In this document: one piece after another, positions 24,152 through 34,478 of the stretch
Numbering within the stretch: position 1 is the stretch's first letter
How the letters are laid out: each line of letters opens with the position of its first letter
Position numbers and translations under genes: made by a program
Assembly: GCA_052390235.1 (NCBI GenBank)
Contig: JBQTHB010000003.1
Coordinates: 96,001 to 160,000 of the forward strand
Length of the DNA: 64,000 bases
Reading direction: 5' to 3'
DNA from: Deltaproteobacteria bacterium
GTDB lineage: Bacteria > Desulfobacterota_D > UBA1144 > Nemesobacterales > CSP1-2
Notes under the pieces: model-generated
Databases searched by the model: none
Seen by the model: only the letters and a program-made list of their open reading frames with translations
What the model was told of the DNA's origin: nothing

Positions 24152-27100
24152 CTAAACCCCCCTGAGTTCAACCGAAACCACTTTGGACACGCCGGGGGTT
24201 GCGGAGGTTATCCCGAGGAGAGAGTCAACAGCCTGCATGGATTTTTTATTGTGAGAGATAATAATAATTTGCGAATCTGCGGCTATAACCCTCAGCAAAT
24301 CCAAAAATCGGGATGTGTTAGCGTCGTCGAGCGGGGCGTCGATCTCATCGAGCAGCAGAAACGGAGCCGCCCTGACAAAGCACGTAGAAAGCACCAGCGC
24401 AATAGCCGAGAGGGCTTTCTCTCCCCCTGAGAGCAGACTCAGAGGCTGAAACCTCTTGCCCCTCGGTCTTGCCATCACATCCACGCCGGTCAGAAGGGCG
24501 TCTTCGGGGTTTGTGAGGATGAGTTTCGCCTCGCCGCCGCTGAAAAGGACACTAAAAACCTCGGCGAATTTCCCATTCACCGCGTTAAAGGTATCCCTAA
24601 ACCTCTTCTCAGATTCTCTGTCAATTCTCGTCATGGCTTTCCTGAGGGACGACATAGCGCCGACGAGGTCTGTGGTCTGAGCGTCGAGAAAATCGGAGCG
24701 CTCTCGAAGCTCCCGATACTCCTCCGGGGCTAGGAGATTCACAGGGCCAAATTTGCCAATTTCCGCCTTAAGCCTAATTAATTCGGCTTCTGCGGCTTCG
24801 GCACTCAGATGGCTATACTCGTCCGCCACAATGGCAGATAAATTCTGGGGCGGAGGCGAAGGGCGGGCGAGTTTTTGAATGGAACTTCGTATATGCCCGG
24901 CGTCAATCTCCGCCTCCCTGCGGCGCGCCTGAAGGGCGTTTATTTCCCGTTCGGCGGCGGCAAGGGATTCGGCGATACTGTGCCTGCGCGGGACGATATT
25001 GGCAGTATCAGCGCAAAGTCGCTCTGCCTCGGCTTTGGCGATGCCCAGGGCGCGCTCCCGTTCGGAGACAGAGGCGGCGAGGGATTTTATCTCGGCTAGG
25101 GCGGCGGCGAGATTTGCCAAGGCGGCGGTTTTCATCTCACTTTTCCTCAGGCGCTCGGCGCGCTCGCGGGAGATTTTTTCTTGAATTTGAGCGCGCCGTT
25201 TTTCGAGTTCGCGGATACTCTGAAGGCAGGAGGTTTGCTTCTCGGCGAGGGACGCGCTCTTCTGCCCTGCGGCGGCGATTTCGGCTTCGAGCGCTCTGCG
25301 TGCCTCGGCGAGGGCGCGGACTCGGTCTTGAAGGGATTTATATTTATCCTCAAGCCCGCGCTTCTCGCCCTGCGCTTTTATCTCCCCGGAGCGGGCATCG
25401 GCGAGTCTCTCGTCCATTCGCTCGATTTCAGACGCCGCCGCCTCAAGCTCAAAGTGTAGAATATCGCGCCGCCTCGCTGTTTTCGCCAGATTGTCTTCGA
25501 GGTTGGCTATGTCTCTTTTAAGAGCGGTGTCTTTGATTTCTATCTCTCTGAGCGATTTGGCGGATGCGTCCAGATCCCCTTCGACGGCGCTAATTGCGCC
25601 TCCGTTGTTTTTAATATCCTCAGCACTATCCATGAGGGATTTTTCAAGCGCCGAGACCTCATGGGAAAGCTCCCGAATCTCAGATTTTCTATCGAAAACC
25701 CCCTCCTTAGCCGCTCCTCCTCCTGATATTGCCCCGGCGGCGTCCAGCACATCTCCGCCGGAGGTTACAAATGACGCGCCGCCCCAGCCTGCTGCGCGAA
25801 TCCGAAGGGCTTCATCGAGAGAGGGGACGATGAAAATCCCAGCTAAAGCCGCATCCACCGCCGCGCTATCAATCCCCCCGGCGCCGACCACCTGGCAGAG
25901 CGGTATGATTTCATCTCCATTCCCAGGGAATTTTCCATCCCAGCCGCCTTTCGACAGCAGATTTTCAATCGAGATAAAAGCTCCTCTTCCGATGGAGCGC
26001 CCCCGCAACGCCGCAAGATATTCAATGGCGTCTTCATCCCGGCTCACGACCACCCACCTGAGCCTATCCCCCAAAGCCGCCTCAACTGCCCGCTCGAACC
26101 CCTTTTGAGGGATGAGAAAATCGGCGAGCAAGCCCAGAACCCTCTGCCCTTTTCTCTCCAGCAAAAACGCCCTCATCCCCTCCGGCAACCACTCGTAGTT
26201 CGATTCTATCCTCCGCAGGGCGCCGAGCCTCGACGACCTCTCCCCCAGATGTTTGCCGAGGATCTCCGCCTGCCCCCTCTTGGCTTCCCGCTCGGTTTTA
26301 AGCCGCTTGAAAGTCGCCTCCGCCTCAGATTTTGAGCGTTTAGCAAGGGCGTATCGCGCGTTCAATCCCTCGGCGGCAGACCTGTACTCGCCAATGCGCG
26401 CCGCGGTTTTATTCATCTCTGCATCCAGCTCGCAAACCTCTCCGCTCGCCCCAGCCACCCTGAGTTTAATCCGCGCTGACTCCCTATCGAGGGCAAGTGC
26501 GCTCGCCTTGAGCGAGGAGATACTATCGAGGTTCTCAAAGACGGCTTTTCGGGTCGCCTCAAGGGATTTTCTATCCTCTTCAAAATTCGATTGGGCATCT
26601 GCAACATATCGCTCTCGCTCGGCAAGCTCAATCTGCTCTGCGTATATGAGATTTTTCGTCTGCTCCAGAGCTTCAACCCTCTGGGCGCGCTCAAGGACTA
26701 ACCTCTCGGACTCTTCGCCGAGGAGATGGATTTCCCCATCGAGCTTTGCGATGAACTCATCCATCGCCGCAATCTCTGCCCGCAGGGAATTTTTTTGAGA
26801 TTCCCGAAGACGCAGATTCGAGGCCGCAGCTAAAATCTCAGAGCTAAGTATCTCTACTTGCGCCCGCACTGGGGAGATTTTCGCCTCCAAATCCCTAAGC
26901 GACTCATCAGCGACGCGCATCTGGGATTCGAGAGCCACAGATTTTATCATCCCATCCTCAATTTCGCGGGACAGATCGCTCTGGCTCGATTCGAGTGTTA
27001 CGAGCCTGCGACGGAGTATGGAAAGCTCCAACCCCTCTGCGCGCTTCGAGATTTCGGCGTACCTAGTGGCTTCCTCAGCCTGACGGCTCAGGTATTGCAT

Positions 27101-27694
27101 TCGACGCGCCGCTTCATTGGCAATATCCCTGACGCGCCCCAGGTTTTCCTTCGTGGCTTCGATTTGAGCCTCGGTCTCGCGCCGCCGAGCTTTATATTTC
27201 ACAATGCCGCCGGCTTCTTCGATTAGCGCCCTTCTGTCCTCAGGCTTTGCCGTGATGAGATGCTCGATTCTCCCTTGAGCGATGATGGTATGCGCCCGCG
27301 CGCCCGCGCCCGTGTCCATGAATAGCTCGGAGATGTCCTTGAGCCTGCACGCCGCGCCGTTTATGTAGTATTCGCTCTCGCCGGAGCGGTATAGCCTGCG
27401 CTTTATCCGAACCTCTTCAAAACCGGATTCCGGCATATCGGTTACGGTCAGAGACACCTGCGCCATTCCGAGGGGTTTTAGCGTCTCCCCTCCGTTGGAT
27501 ATTATGTCGGTCATATCCTCGGCTCTGAGTCTCCGTGGGTTTTGCTCGCCGAGCGCCCACCTTACAGCGTCAATAATATTGGATTTGCCGCACCCGTTGG
27601 GCCCAACGACGGCGTTTATACCCCGATGAAAAACTATCGTAGTCCGCTCATAAAACGACTTAAAACCGATGATTTCCAGAGAGTGAATCCTCAT
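24152..27694 (-). CDS. smc: Chromosome segregation protein SMC
   Basis: GFKSF, GPNGCGKSN, long coiled coils with hinge, GPVNLLAPEEY, LSGGEKAL, LLDEIDAPLD. Confidence 0.93.
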   Translation of the reverse strand: MRIHSLEIIGFKSFYERTTIVFHRGINAVVGPNGCGKSNIIDAVRWALGEQNPRRLRAEDMTDIISNGGETLKPLGMAQVSLTVTDMPESGFEEVRIKRRLYRSGESEYYINGAACRLKDISELFMDTGAGARAHTIIAQGRIEHLITAKPEDRRALIEEAGGIVKYKARRRETEAQIEATKENLGRVRDIANEAARRMQYLSRQAEEATRYAEISKRAEGLELSILRRRLVTLESSQSDLSREIEDGMIKSVALESQMRVADESLRDLEAKISPVRAQVEILSSEILAAASNLRLRESQKNSLRAEIAAMDEFIAKLDGEIHLLGEESERLVLERAQRVEALEQTKNLIYAEQIELAERERYVADAQSNFEEDRKSLEATRKAVFENLDSISSLKASALALDRESARIKLRVAGASGEVCELDAEMNKTAARIGEYRSAAEGLNARYALAKRSKSEAEATFKRLKTEREAKRGQAEILGKHLGERSSRLGALRRIESNYEWLPEGMRAFLLERKGQRVLGLLADFLIPQKGFERAVEAALGDRLRWVVVSRDEDAIEYLAALRGRSIGRGAFISIENLLSKGGWDGKFPGNGDEIIPLCQVVGAGGIDSAAVDAALAGIFIVPSLDEALRIRAAGWGGASFVTSGGDVLDAAGAISGGGAAKEGVFDRKSEIRELSHEVSALEKSLMDSAEDIKNNGGAISAVEGDLDASAKSLREIEIKDTALKRDIANLEDNLAKTARRRDILHFELEAAASEIERMDERLADARSGEIKAQGEKRGLEDKYKSLQDRVRALAEARRALEAEIAAAGQKSASLAEKQTSCLQSIRELEKRRAQIQEKISRERAERLRKSEMKTAALANLAAALAEIKSLAASVSERERALGIAKAEAERLCADTANIVPRRHSIAESLAAAEREINALQARRREAEIDAGHIRSSIQKLARPSPPPQNLSAIVADEYSHLSAEAAEAELIRLKAEIGKFGPVNLLAPEEYRELRERSDFLDAQTTDLVGAMSSLRKAMTRIDRESEKRFRDTFNAVNGKFAEVFSVLFSGGEAKLILTNPEDALLTGVDVMARPRGKRFQPLSLLSGGEKALSAIALVLSTCFVRAAPFLLLDEIDAPLDDANTSRFLDLLRVIAADSQIIIISHNKKSMQAVDSLLGITSATPGVSKVVSVELRGV

Positions 27695-27821
27695 AACTTT
27701 TCGGGCCGCGCGCTGGAATTCAAGCCGTAGCAAATCGGCGAGATATTAATTCGCGAAAGGAGAGATTTATGAGGCATCGGAAAAATCCGCCCAGCGGGGC
27801 AAACGCGCGGGGAACAAGACG

Positions 27822-28580
27822 CTACTTGCTGAATAATCTCGACCAAAAACCTGTCTTTTTCTTGCCGCCATACTGCGCTTCGCCCTGCTCTATCGCCCGA
27901 AGTTCCCGCTTTGCCTCTATAAAATCCGGCTCGTATTCTAGGGCTTTAGTAAAATTCGCCTTGGAGCGGTATCTGTTTTCAAGGCGCTTATAGACGCATC
28001 CGAGGTAGTAGTAATTCCTAGCGATTTTTGGATTTGCGGCTATAGACGCTTCGAGATTTTTCAGCGCCTCAGCCGCCGCCGTCTTTTTATCGGAGGCAAG
28101 GAGAAACACCGTCCAAGCAAGCGCCCCGGCATAGGCCTGCTCATCGGGTTTCAGCCTTACGGCTTCTCGAAATTTTCTCTCTGCCTCGGCGTAGTCCCTG
28201 CGATTGAGAAGCGTCTGTCCTTCTCTAAAAGCGAATTCAGCCACATATACGGATTTTGTCTGTTTTTTAAGCTCCGCTATCTCAACGCCAGAGTCGTACT
28301 CCCTGCGCTTGGCGTCGTCCATTAAAAACTGATAAGCCGCGCTAATTTCCTCGAATATCTGCTGGGTTTTGTCCTTCGCCTCCTTGGGGAGGTCGGGAGC
28401 GGCGTCGGGATGAAATCTCTTCACGAGGGCGAAGTAGGAGGTTTTTATATCGTCATTTGACGCCTTGGTGCCGACTCCGAGTGTTTCATAGTAATTCTTC
28501 CCGCCGATTTTAAAATTCATGATTTCGGCGACAATGGCTTCGCGCTTTTTCTTTTTTGAATCCCCGGATGTATCTTCCAT
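27822..28580 (-). CDS. DnaJ (J-domain) protein with TPR repeats
   Basis: NYYETLGV, RFHPD, ISAAYQFL; C-terminal TPR-like helices. Confidence 0.85.
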   Translation of the reverse strand: MEDTSGDSKKKKREAIVAEIMNFKIGGKNYYETLGVGTKASNDDIKTSYFALVKRFHPDAAPDLPKEAKDKTQQIFEEISAAYQFLMDDAKRREYDSGVEIAELKKQTKSVYVAEFAFREGQTLLNRRDYAEAERKFREAVRLKPDEQAYAGALAWTVFLLASDKKTAAAEALKNLEASIAANPKIARNYYYLGCVYKRLENRYRSKANFTKALEYEPDFIEAKRELRAIEQGEAQYGGKKKTGFWSRLFSK

Positions 28581-28715
28581 AAATGTCTAGCCCGCCCTGC
28601 CGGAGACGATTTTTCGGCAACAATAGAGATTAATCATCGGGATAAATCCCCAACTGCCCTTTATAGAGACGGCGCGGCGCAAGTGTCTATCCCCAATATG
28701 AAATTCTATTGCCAA

Positions 28716-30335
28716 TTATCGCTGCGGCGGAGCACCGGGGAGGGCGAATAGAGTCTCGTTGATAACCGTTTTGGCTTCCTGCCTCAGCTTGCGAACCCAA
28801 TCCAGATAAATCGTCTGCCGCCGCCTTGAAATCTCGCTCTGCCGGAGTTGCTCTTTAGACTGCTCAAACTCCTCCTGGCTTATCTCTCGTTTATCCTTGA
28901 GGGACACCACATAGAACTTATCGCCGACCGGGTAAATTTTGCCGGAAACCGGAGCCTCTGCGTCGAGATAAAAGGCATCGAGCTTAGCGTCGTCCGATTC
29001 AACCTTGGCAACGCCGTCAAGGCGCGAGAAATACCCGGTTTCATCGAGCGCAAGCCCGCCAAATGACTCCACCTCGGCAAATTGAAGCCCAAGCGAGGCT
29101 TTCGCCCTATCAAGCACCTCTTTTGCCTTGGACTGAGCGGTTTCCTTAGCCTTGGCTATTTTAATTGCCTGGATAACCTGCGGCTTGGCGTCTTCAAAGC
29201 TCATTTCGGCGGGCGCGATAACTTGGGATAATTCTATTGCCCACACTCCGTCCTCGGTTTGGATGAAAGCCCTCTCTCCCTCGGCAAGGGAAAAAGCCCG
29301 GCTCCTAGCCTGTAGCGGGATTTCGGGAGATTGGTCATCGGGGGCAAACAGGGGGCTTTGCTTAACCTCGCCCGCGCTGTTTGCTTTGGCAAGCTCGCCG
29401 AGAGATTTTTCTCTTATATTTGCCTGAAGGTTTTTAATAAGCCCCGCTTTTGCCTGCGCCGCCCTTTGTTCTATAATCTTTTTTTGAACCTCGTCTCGAA
29501 CGTCGGCAAAGAGTTTGACTGCATCCCCGTCTTTGAACTCACTCGAATAGGAGTCATAATAAGCCCGAAGTTCCGCCTCCGATGGGGTGATTTTAGACTC
29601 CATGTCGCTGAAAGAGACGGCAAAGTATCTGATAGCCCTTTTTTCGGGGGATTTAAGCTCGGCTTTGTAGCTGTCGTAGTAATTTTTGATGTCCTGCTCG
29701 GCGGGTGAGAAAGACCCCATAAAATCCGCCGCCGATAGGGCAACGAAGTACAGGTCTGCCTTTTCATTTTGCATTCTGTATATGTTCAGCAGCTCTTCAT
29801 CGGTAACCTTAGCCGTCTCAAAAATGAAATCCTTTGCCTTCTGTGCGAGGAGCTCTTCCCTGTAAGCCTCTTCAAACTCGGTTACGCTCTCTTTGAAGGA
29901 CTGCTGAATAAAAGTCCTGTAAGCCTCTTTCCCAATGAACTGTCCGTCAACCTGAAAGCCGGGGTTCGAGGTAATCGAGAGGCTGAGTTCTTCGTCGCTC
30001 ACTCTGAAGCCAAGTTCTGCGGATTTCTGAGCGAGTAGTTTTAACTCGATTAATTGATTGAGCGCGGTAAAGCCTAGGAAATTCAGCGCCCCTTCCGGGA
30101 CATCGCCCTGCTGCTGCTGCTGAAACTGTCTGTAGATGTTATCCCTAGCCCTGTAGAACTGCAGTAGCGATATTTCCTCGCCGTTCACCTCTGCCGCAGT
30201 CCCCTTGGGGGCGCTCCCGACCGAGCCGAAATCGGTCAGGCTGAAGCCTAGCCCAAAGATAAACGTTATGGCAAGCAAAAATAGCACGCCCTTTGTGAAC
30301 CAGCTTTCTTTACTTCTTAAAAGATCGAGACTCAT
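28716..30335 (-). CDS. SurA N-terminal domain / PpiD-like periplasmic folding chaperone
   Basis: N-terminal TM, AEVNGEEIS, LGFRVSDEEL, PEKRAIRY. Confidence 0.85.
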   Translation of the reverse strand: MSLDLLRSKESWFTKGVLFLLAITFIFGLGFSLTDFGSVGSAPKGTAAEVNGEEISLLQFYRARDNIYRQFQQQQQGDVPEGALNFLGFTALNQLIELKLLAQKSAELGFRVSDEELSLSITSNPGFQVDGQFIGKEAYRTFIQQSFKESVTEFEEAYREELLAQKAKDFIFETAKVTDEELLNIYRMQNEKADLYFVALSAADFMGSFSPAEQDIKNYYDSYKAELKSPEKRAIRYFAVSFSDMESKITPSEAELRAYYDSYSSEFKDGDAVKLFADVRDEVQKKIIEQRAAQAKAGLIKNLQANIREKSLGELAKANSAGEVKQSPLFAPDDQSPEIPLQARSRAFSLAEGERAFIQTEDGVWAIELSQVIAPAEMSFEDAKPQVIQAIKIAKAKETAQSKAKEVLDRAKASLGLQFAEVESFGGLALDETGYFSRLDGVAKVESDDAKLDAFYLDAEAPVSGKIYPVGDKFYVVSLKDKREISQEEFEQSKEQLRQSEISRRRQTIYLDWVRKLRQEAKTVINETLFALPGAPPQR

Positions 30336-30413
30336 AGTGAATTCCCCGCAGTTTATTTAACTTTTTAAAATCTATACCACACCGCGCGAAGTTTCAAGGA
30401 ACAATCCTAAAAC

Positions 30414-30442
30414 TTGACAGCCCGAAGCCCTCTGAATATTCT
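30414..30442 (+). promoter_or_regulatory. Sigma70 promoter for cofD
   Basis: TTGACA-17 bp-TATTCT. Confidence 0.6.
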
Positions 30443-30516
30443 AAAGCCCGAACTCGGCGATTGTCTCTATCTCCAAAAATAAATGAGTTTCCCGCAACAC
30501 TCAAGGCTATTTAATC

Positions 30517-31452
30517 ATGATTACAGCCCTCGGCGGCGGCGTAGGTGCCGCTAAGTTCCTAAGCGGTCTCCACCCTGTTCTCAGCGGCGAATCCCTTTTG
30601 GCAATAGTCAACACCGCAGACGACATCACCATCTCAGGCTTGAGAATATCCCCCGACATTGACACCACCGTTTACTGGCTATCGGGGATGGTTGACAGAG
30701 AGAGGGGGTGGGGAATCAAAGACGACACCTTCAATTTTATGGATTCCCTAGAGCGGTTCGGGGTAAACGTGTGGTTTAAAATCGGCGACGGCGACCTCGC
30801 AACCCACGTCCACCGGACTCGGCTCAGAGAAAAAGGGGCTACCCTGTCGGAAATCACCCGAAGCATGGCAAAGTCCTTCGGCGTCGGCGACGGCATAACG
30901 ATTCTCCCCATGACCGACGAAGACGTAGAAACGTGGATTCTCACCGACCGAGGCAGTATCCACTTTCAGGAATATCTCATCAAGAATAAAATGACCCCAG
31001 AGGTGCGCGGCGTGTCAATTCGAGGCATCGAGAAGGCAAAACCCGCCCCCGGAGTCATCGAGGCTATACACGCGGCAAGGGGAATTATCATCTGCCCCAG
31101 CAACCCTATTATCAGCATAGGCACGATACTCCAGGTGCCGGGCATAAGAGAGGCCCTTCGCGAAACCGAGGCGATGGTTCTCGCCGTAAGCCCCCTCGTG
31201 GGAGGCGTGCCAATTAAGGGACCCGCCGACAGGCTCATGCGAGGGCTTGGACTCGAGGTGTCATCCACGCAGATAGCCAAGCTCTACTCGGATTTTCTGG
31301 ATATTATGGTCATAGATGGAAGAGACGCCGATGAAGCCGAAAGAATAAAATCCCTAGGGCTAGAGGTCGCCATTGCCGATACGCTGATGTTGGATCAGGG
31401 CAGAGCAGAAGCGGCGGCGGCGGCGGCGCTCAGGGCTTTTGACTCTGCCTAG
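30517..31452 (+). CDS. cofD: 2-phospho-L-lactate (phosphoenolpyruvate) transferase, F420 biosynthesis
   Basis: LGGGVGAAKF, VNTADD, ISPDIDT, WFKIGDGDLATH, HFQEY, CPSNPIISI, KGPADRLM. Confidence 0.92.
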   Translation: MITALGGGVGAAKFLSGLHPVLSGESLLAIVNTADDITISGLRISPDIDTTVYWLSGMVDRERGWGIKDDTFNFMDSLERFGVNVWFKIGDGDLATHVHRTRLREKGATLSEITRSMAKSFGVGDGITILPMTDEDVETWILTDRGSIHFQEYLIKNKMTPEVRGVSIRGIEKAKPAPGVIEAIHAARGIIICPSNPIISIGTILQVPGIREALRETEAMVLAVSPLVGGVPIKGPADRLMRGLGLEVSSTQIAKLYSDFLDIMVIDGRDADEAERIKSLGLEVAIADTLMLDQGRAEAAAAAALRAFDSA

Positions 31453-31586
31453 AGGGATTGCGCACAGAGGTTCGGGAGGAGGCGCGGCACAGGGGCGGCG
31501 GTTGATTGACATCCCTCCTTTTTCATGTTAAAAAATTACGATTTCCGTTTACACTCTCTAGTCCTCAAGGATATTCTAAGCAACCG

Positions 31587-32858
31587 ATGATTGGCATAGA
31601 AAAAGCAGACGGCTACTCAGTTGAGCAGTTCCTTCTCGCCTTTGCCCTGATACTAGCGGCTTCAAAAATATTCGGAGAGCTAGCGGAAAGAGTGAAGATG
31701 CCCTCCGTTTTGGGAGAGCTTCTGGCGGGTGTGGCGCTTGGGGGAAGCGTTCTGGCTCTCGTCCCCTCGCTTCCGGGGGAGGCAGGATATGAGACGTTTC
31801 ATCTGTTAGCCGAGGTTGGAGTGGCGATACTGCTCTTTGAAATAGGGCTTGAGACAAACCTCAGAGACTTGCTCAAAGTCGGCTTGGCTTCTGCCCTAGT
31901 CGCCTTGGTAGGAATCGCCGTTCCATTTGCCCTCGGATTCGCGGCGACACTCGCCTTTGCAAATTACGGTATGCTCGGAGAGATAAACCCATCGCTAATC
32001 AACATCACCGCCATTGCCGTCGGCTCTACTCTCACGGCAACAAGCGTGGGGATTACGGCAAGGGTGCTTTCGGACTTAAACCGCCTCAAATCGCAGGAAG
32101 CCAAAATCGTGCTTGGAGCGGCAGTCATTGACGATGTGCTGGGGCTCATTATCCTCGCCGTGGTAAGCGGGCTAATAGCCGCCGCCAAGAGCGGAGCGGA
32201 AGTGGGCGTTTCAGTGGCGCAGGTGGGAGTGATAACCCTCAAGGCGTTCGGATTTCTCATAGCCGCCGTAGGGCTTGGGAATCTGATTGCGGATAAATTA
32301 TTCGACTTCATCAATAAAATGAAGGTGCGCGGAGGGGTTCTGCTCCTGGCGCTTTCGTTCGGGTTCATCTTCGCATACTTAGCAAACTTAGCCGGACTTG
32401 CCCCGATAGTTGGGGCTTTCGCCGCTGGGCTTGTGGTGGGCGGAACGAAACGGCATAAGGCAATTCAAGAGCGTCTGGGGCCGGTTGCCGACGTGTTTAC
32501 GCCGATATTTTTCATTGTCGTAGGGGCGGCGGTGAATGTGGCGCTGTTTAACCCCCTCGTGGGGGATAACCTCGTGGTGATGCTCATTGCAGGGTCGCTT
32601 TTCTTGGTAGCGGCGGCGGGGAAGTATGTGAGCGGGTTTGCGGTGTTTCAAAAGGGGATTAATAAAACGGCTATCGGATTCGGCATGATTCCAAGGGGAG
32701 AGGTCGGTCTCATTTTCGCCCAGATGGGTCTTGTGGCGGGAATATTTGACTCAAGGCTGTTCTCGGCTCTTACGGTGATGGTGATGCTTACGACTTTTGT
32801 CGCTCCTCCGCTTCTGCAGATGGCTTTTACCAGAAGCGGCGGCGAGGAAATTGCCTAG
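31587..32858 (+). CDS. CPA2-family cation:proton antiporter
   Basis: PSVLGELLAG, LLFEIGLE, ATSVGIT, AAVIDD, GMIPRGEVGL; start uncertain. Confidence 0.92.
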   Translation: MIGIEKADGYSVEQFLLAFALILAASKIFGELAERVKMPSVLGELLAGVALGGSVLALVPSLPGEAGYETFHLLAEVGVAILLFEIGLETNLRDLLKVGLASALVALVGIAVPFALGFAATLAFANYGMLGEINPSLINITAIAVGSTLTATSVGITARVLSDLNRLKSQEAKIVLGAAVIDDVLGLIILAVVSGLIAAAKSGAEVGVSVAQVGVITLKAFGFLIAAVGLGNLIADKLFDFINKMKVRGGVLLLALSFGFIFAYLANLAGLAPIVGAFAAGLVVGGTKRHKAIQERLGPVADVFTPIFFIVVGAAVNVALFNPLVGDNLVVMLIAGSLFLVAAAGKYVSGFAVFQKGINKTAIGFGMIPRGEVGLIFAQMGLVAGIFDSRLFSALTVMVMLTTFVAPPLLQMAFTRSGGEEIA

Positions 32859-32869
32859 GGAGAAATCTT

Positions 32870-33373
32870 ATGAAAAGGAATTTTATCGCGTTACTATTAA
32901 TCTCGGCTTTCGGGGCTGATGCCGCCCTCGGAGCAGAGGACATTCTAAGCGTTAACGGCACGCTATTTATCCAGATAGCCCTGTTTGTAGCCCTCATAGT
33001 AATATTGAAAAGGGGGGTTTTCGACCCTCTGACCGAGCTTCTCGAAAAAAGGGAAAAGCTCACCACAGGCACAACCGAAGAGGCTAGAAAGCTCAACGGC
33101 GAGGTCGAGCGCATAATTAAGGACTACGACCTCAAAATAAATCAGGCGCGCGCCCAGGCCCTCGAACAGAGAGCCGAAATCAGACGCGAGGCTCAGGCGG
33201 CATCAGACGAGATAACCTCCAAGGCTAAGCGCGAGTCCCTGTCGCTTCTCGAGAAGGCAAGAGCCGAGATTGACGCTGAAGCACAGAAAATCAAAGAGAA
33301 AATGAAACCCGAGATTGAAGCCATTGCCCGCGACCTCGCATCGAGGGTTCTGGGCAGGGAGGTAGAGAATTGA
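32870..33373 (+). CDS. atpF: ATP synthase F0 subunit b'
   Basis: NGTLFIQIALF TM followed by a charged coiled coil; first gene of the atp cluster. Confidence 0.85.
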   Translation: MKRNFIALLLISAFGADAALGAEDILSVNGTLFIQIALFVALIVILKRGVFDPLTELLEKREKLTTGTTEEARKLNGEVERIIKDYDLKINQARAQALEQRAEIRREAQAASDEITSKAKRESLSLLEKARAEIDAEAQKIKEKMKPEIEAIARDLASRVLGREVEN

Positions 33374-33927
33374 CGACGCTCGAAATCATCAGCATAGCAG
33401 CCACGCTGGCATCGGAGGGCGGGGCTTTTAACTGGGGCTACGTGGCAAAACACACGATAAACCTAGCCATACTCCTGGGGATTCTCGTTTATTTTCTCAG
33501 AGAGCCGGTTAGTAAATTCCTCAGCGACCGGCGCGCAATGTTGAGCAAGCAAATTGACGACGCCGAGCAGGCAATAGCCGAGGCGAAGAGAAATTATCAA
33601 ATCTACAGCGAGAAGCTCAACAAAATGGACGATGAAATAAAATCCCTCAGAGACTCCATACGTCGGGACGGTCAGACTGAGCGTGAACATCTGCTCAAGC
33701 AAGCCGAGGCGAGTTCACAGAAAATTGCGCAAGAGGCGGCGGAAACAATAAAGCTCGAAACCCTGAGGGCTAAGCAGGAGATACAGTCCGAGGTTGCATC
33801 CTCCGCGCTTGCGATAGCCGAGGAGATGATAACGAAAAGCCTCAAAGAAGCAGACCAGGCGCGCCTAATGGACAATTTTATTAAAGCCGTAGAGGAAGGG
33901 GAGAAATGGGAACAGTCGCAACACTGA
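33370..33927 (+). CDS. atpF: ATP synthase F0 subunit b
   Basis: INLAILLGILVYFLREP, coiled coil; overlaps b'. Confidence 0.88.
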   Translation: MTTLEIISIAATLASEGGAFNWGYVAKHTINLAILLGILVYFLREPVSKFLSDRRAMLSKQIDDAEQAIAEAKRNYQIYSEKLNKMDDEIKSLRDSIRRDGQTEREHLLKQAEASSQKIAQEAAETIKLETLRAKQEIQSEVASSALAIAEEMITKSLKEADQARLMDNFIKAVEEGEKWEQSQH

Positions 33928-34436
33928 GAGACATTATCGAAGCCCTCGTAGCTTCATCTAAAGAATCCGGGAAATTGGACACAGTTGCCTCCGATATGGA
34001 GACCGTTTTCAGGAGCCTCGCAGAAGACATTAAAAACGTTTTGGGAAGCTCCGTCTATGAAACCGCAGATAAGCAGGCAATAGTCGGCGACATCGGCGCA
34101 AAACTCGGGCTCGACAATCTGACCGTGAATTTTCTATCCCTCGCCGTGGAGCTTGGCAAGTTCAAAGCCCTGATGAAATCCGAAGAGACTTTTATGAGGA
34201 GACTCAGAAGGGCCTCGGGCAAGGTAAAAGTGGAAATTACGGCGGCAAAGAGTCTTACGGACATAGAAATAGATAGAATTGGGCAGGCATTTCGCAAGCT
34301 CACCGGCAGAGAGGTTGAAACCTCCGTAGCCGTTGACCCGAGGATTTTGGGCGGCATAATAGCGAAGGTCGAGAACAGGGTCTATGACGGGAGCATCAGA
34401 AACCAGCTTGAGAAGATACGAGCGGCGCTTTGTTAA
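33906..34436 (+). CDS. atpH: ATP synthase F1 subunit delta
   Basis: VDPRILGGIIAKVENRVYDGSIRNQL. Confidence 0.9.
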   Translation: MGTVATLRDIIEALVASSKESGKLDTVASDMETVFRSLAEDIKNVLGSSVYETADKQAIVGDIGAKLGLDNLTVNFLSLAVELGKFKALMKSEETFMRRLRRASGKVKVEITAAKSLTDIEIDRIGQAFRKLTGREVETSVAVDPRILGGIIAKVENRVYDGSIRNQLEKIRAALC

Positions 34437-34478
34437 TTTGACGAGACTTAATTTGACGAGAATAAAGGAGCATTCAAT

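Noticed and set aside
24152..27694. SMC as part of a Wadjet/Lamassu defence system
   Set aside because: Canonical housekeeping SMC motifs and core-gene context; no jet/lmu partners
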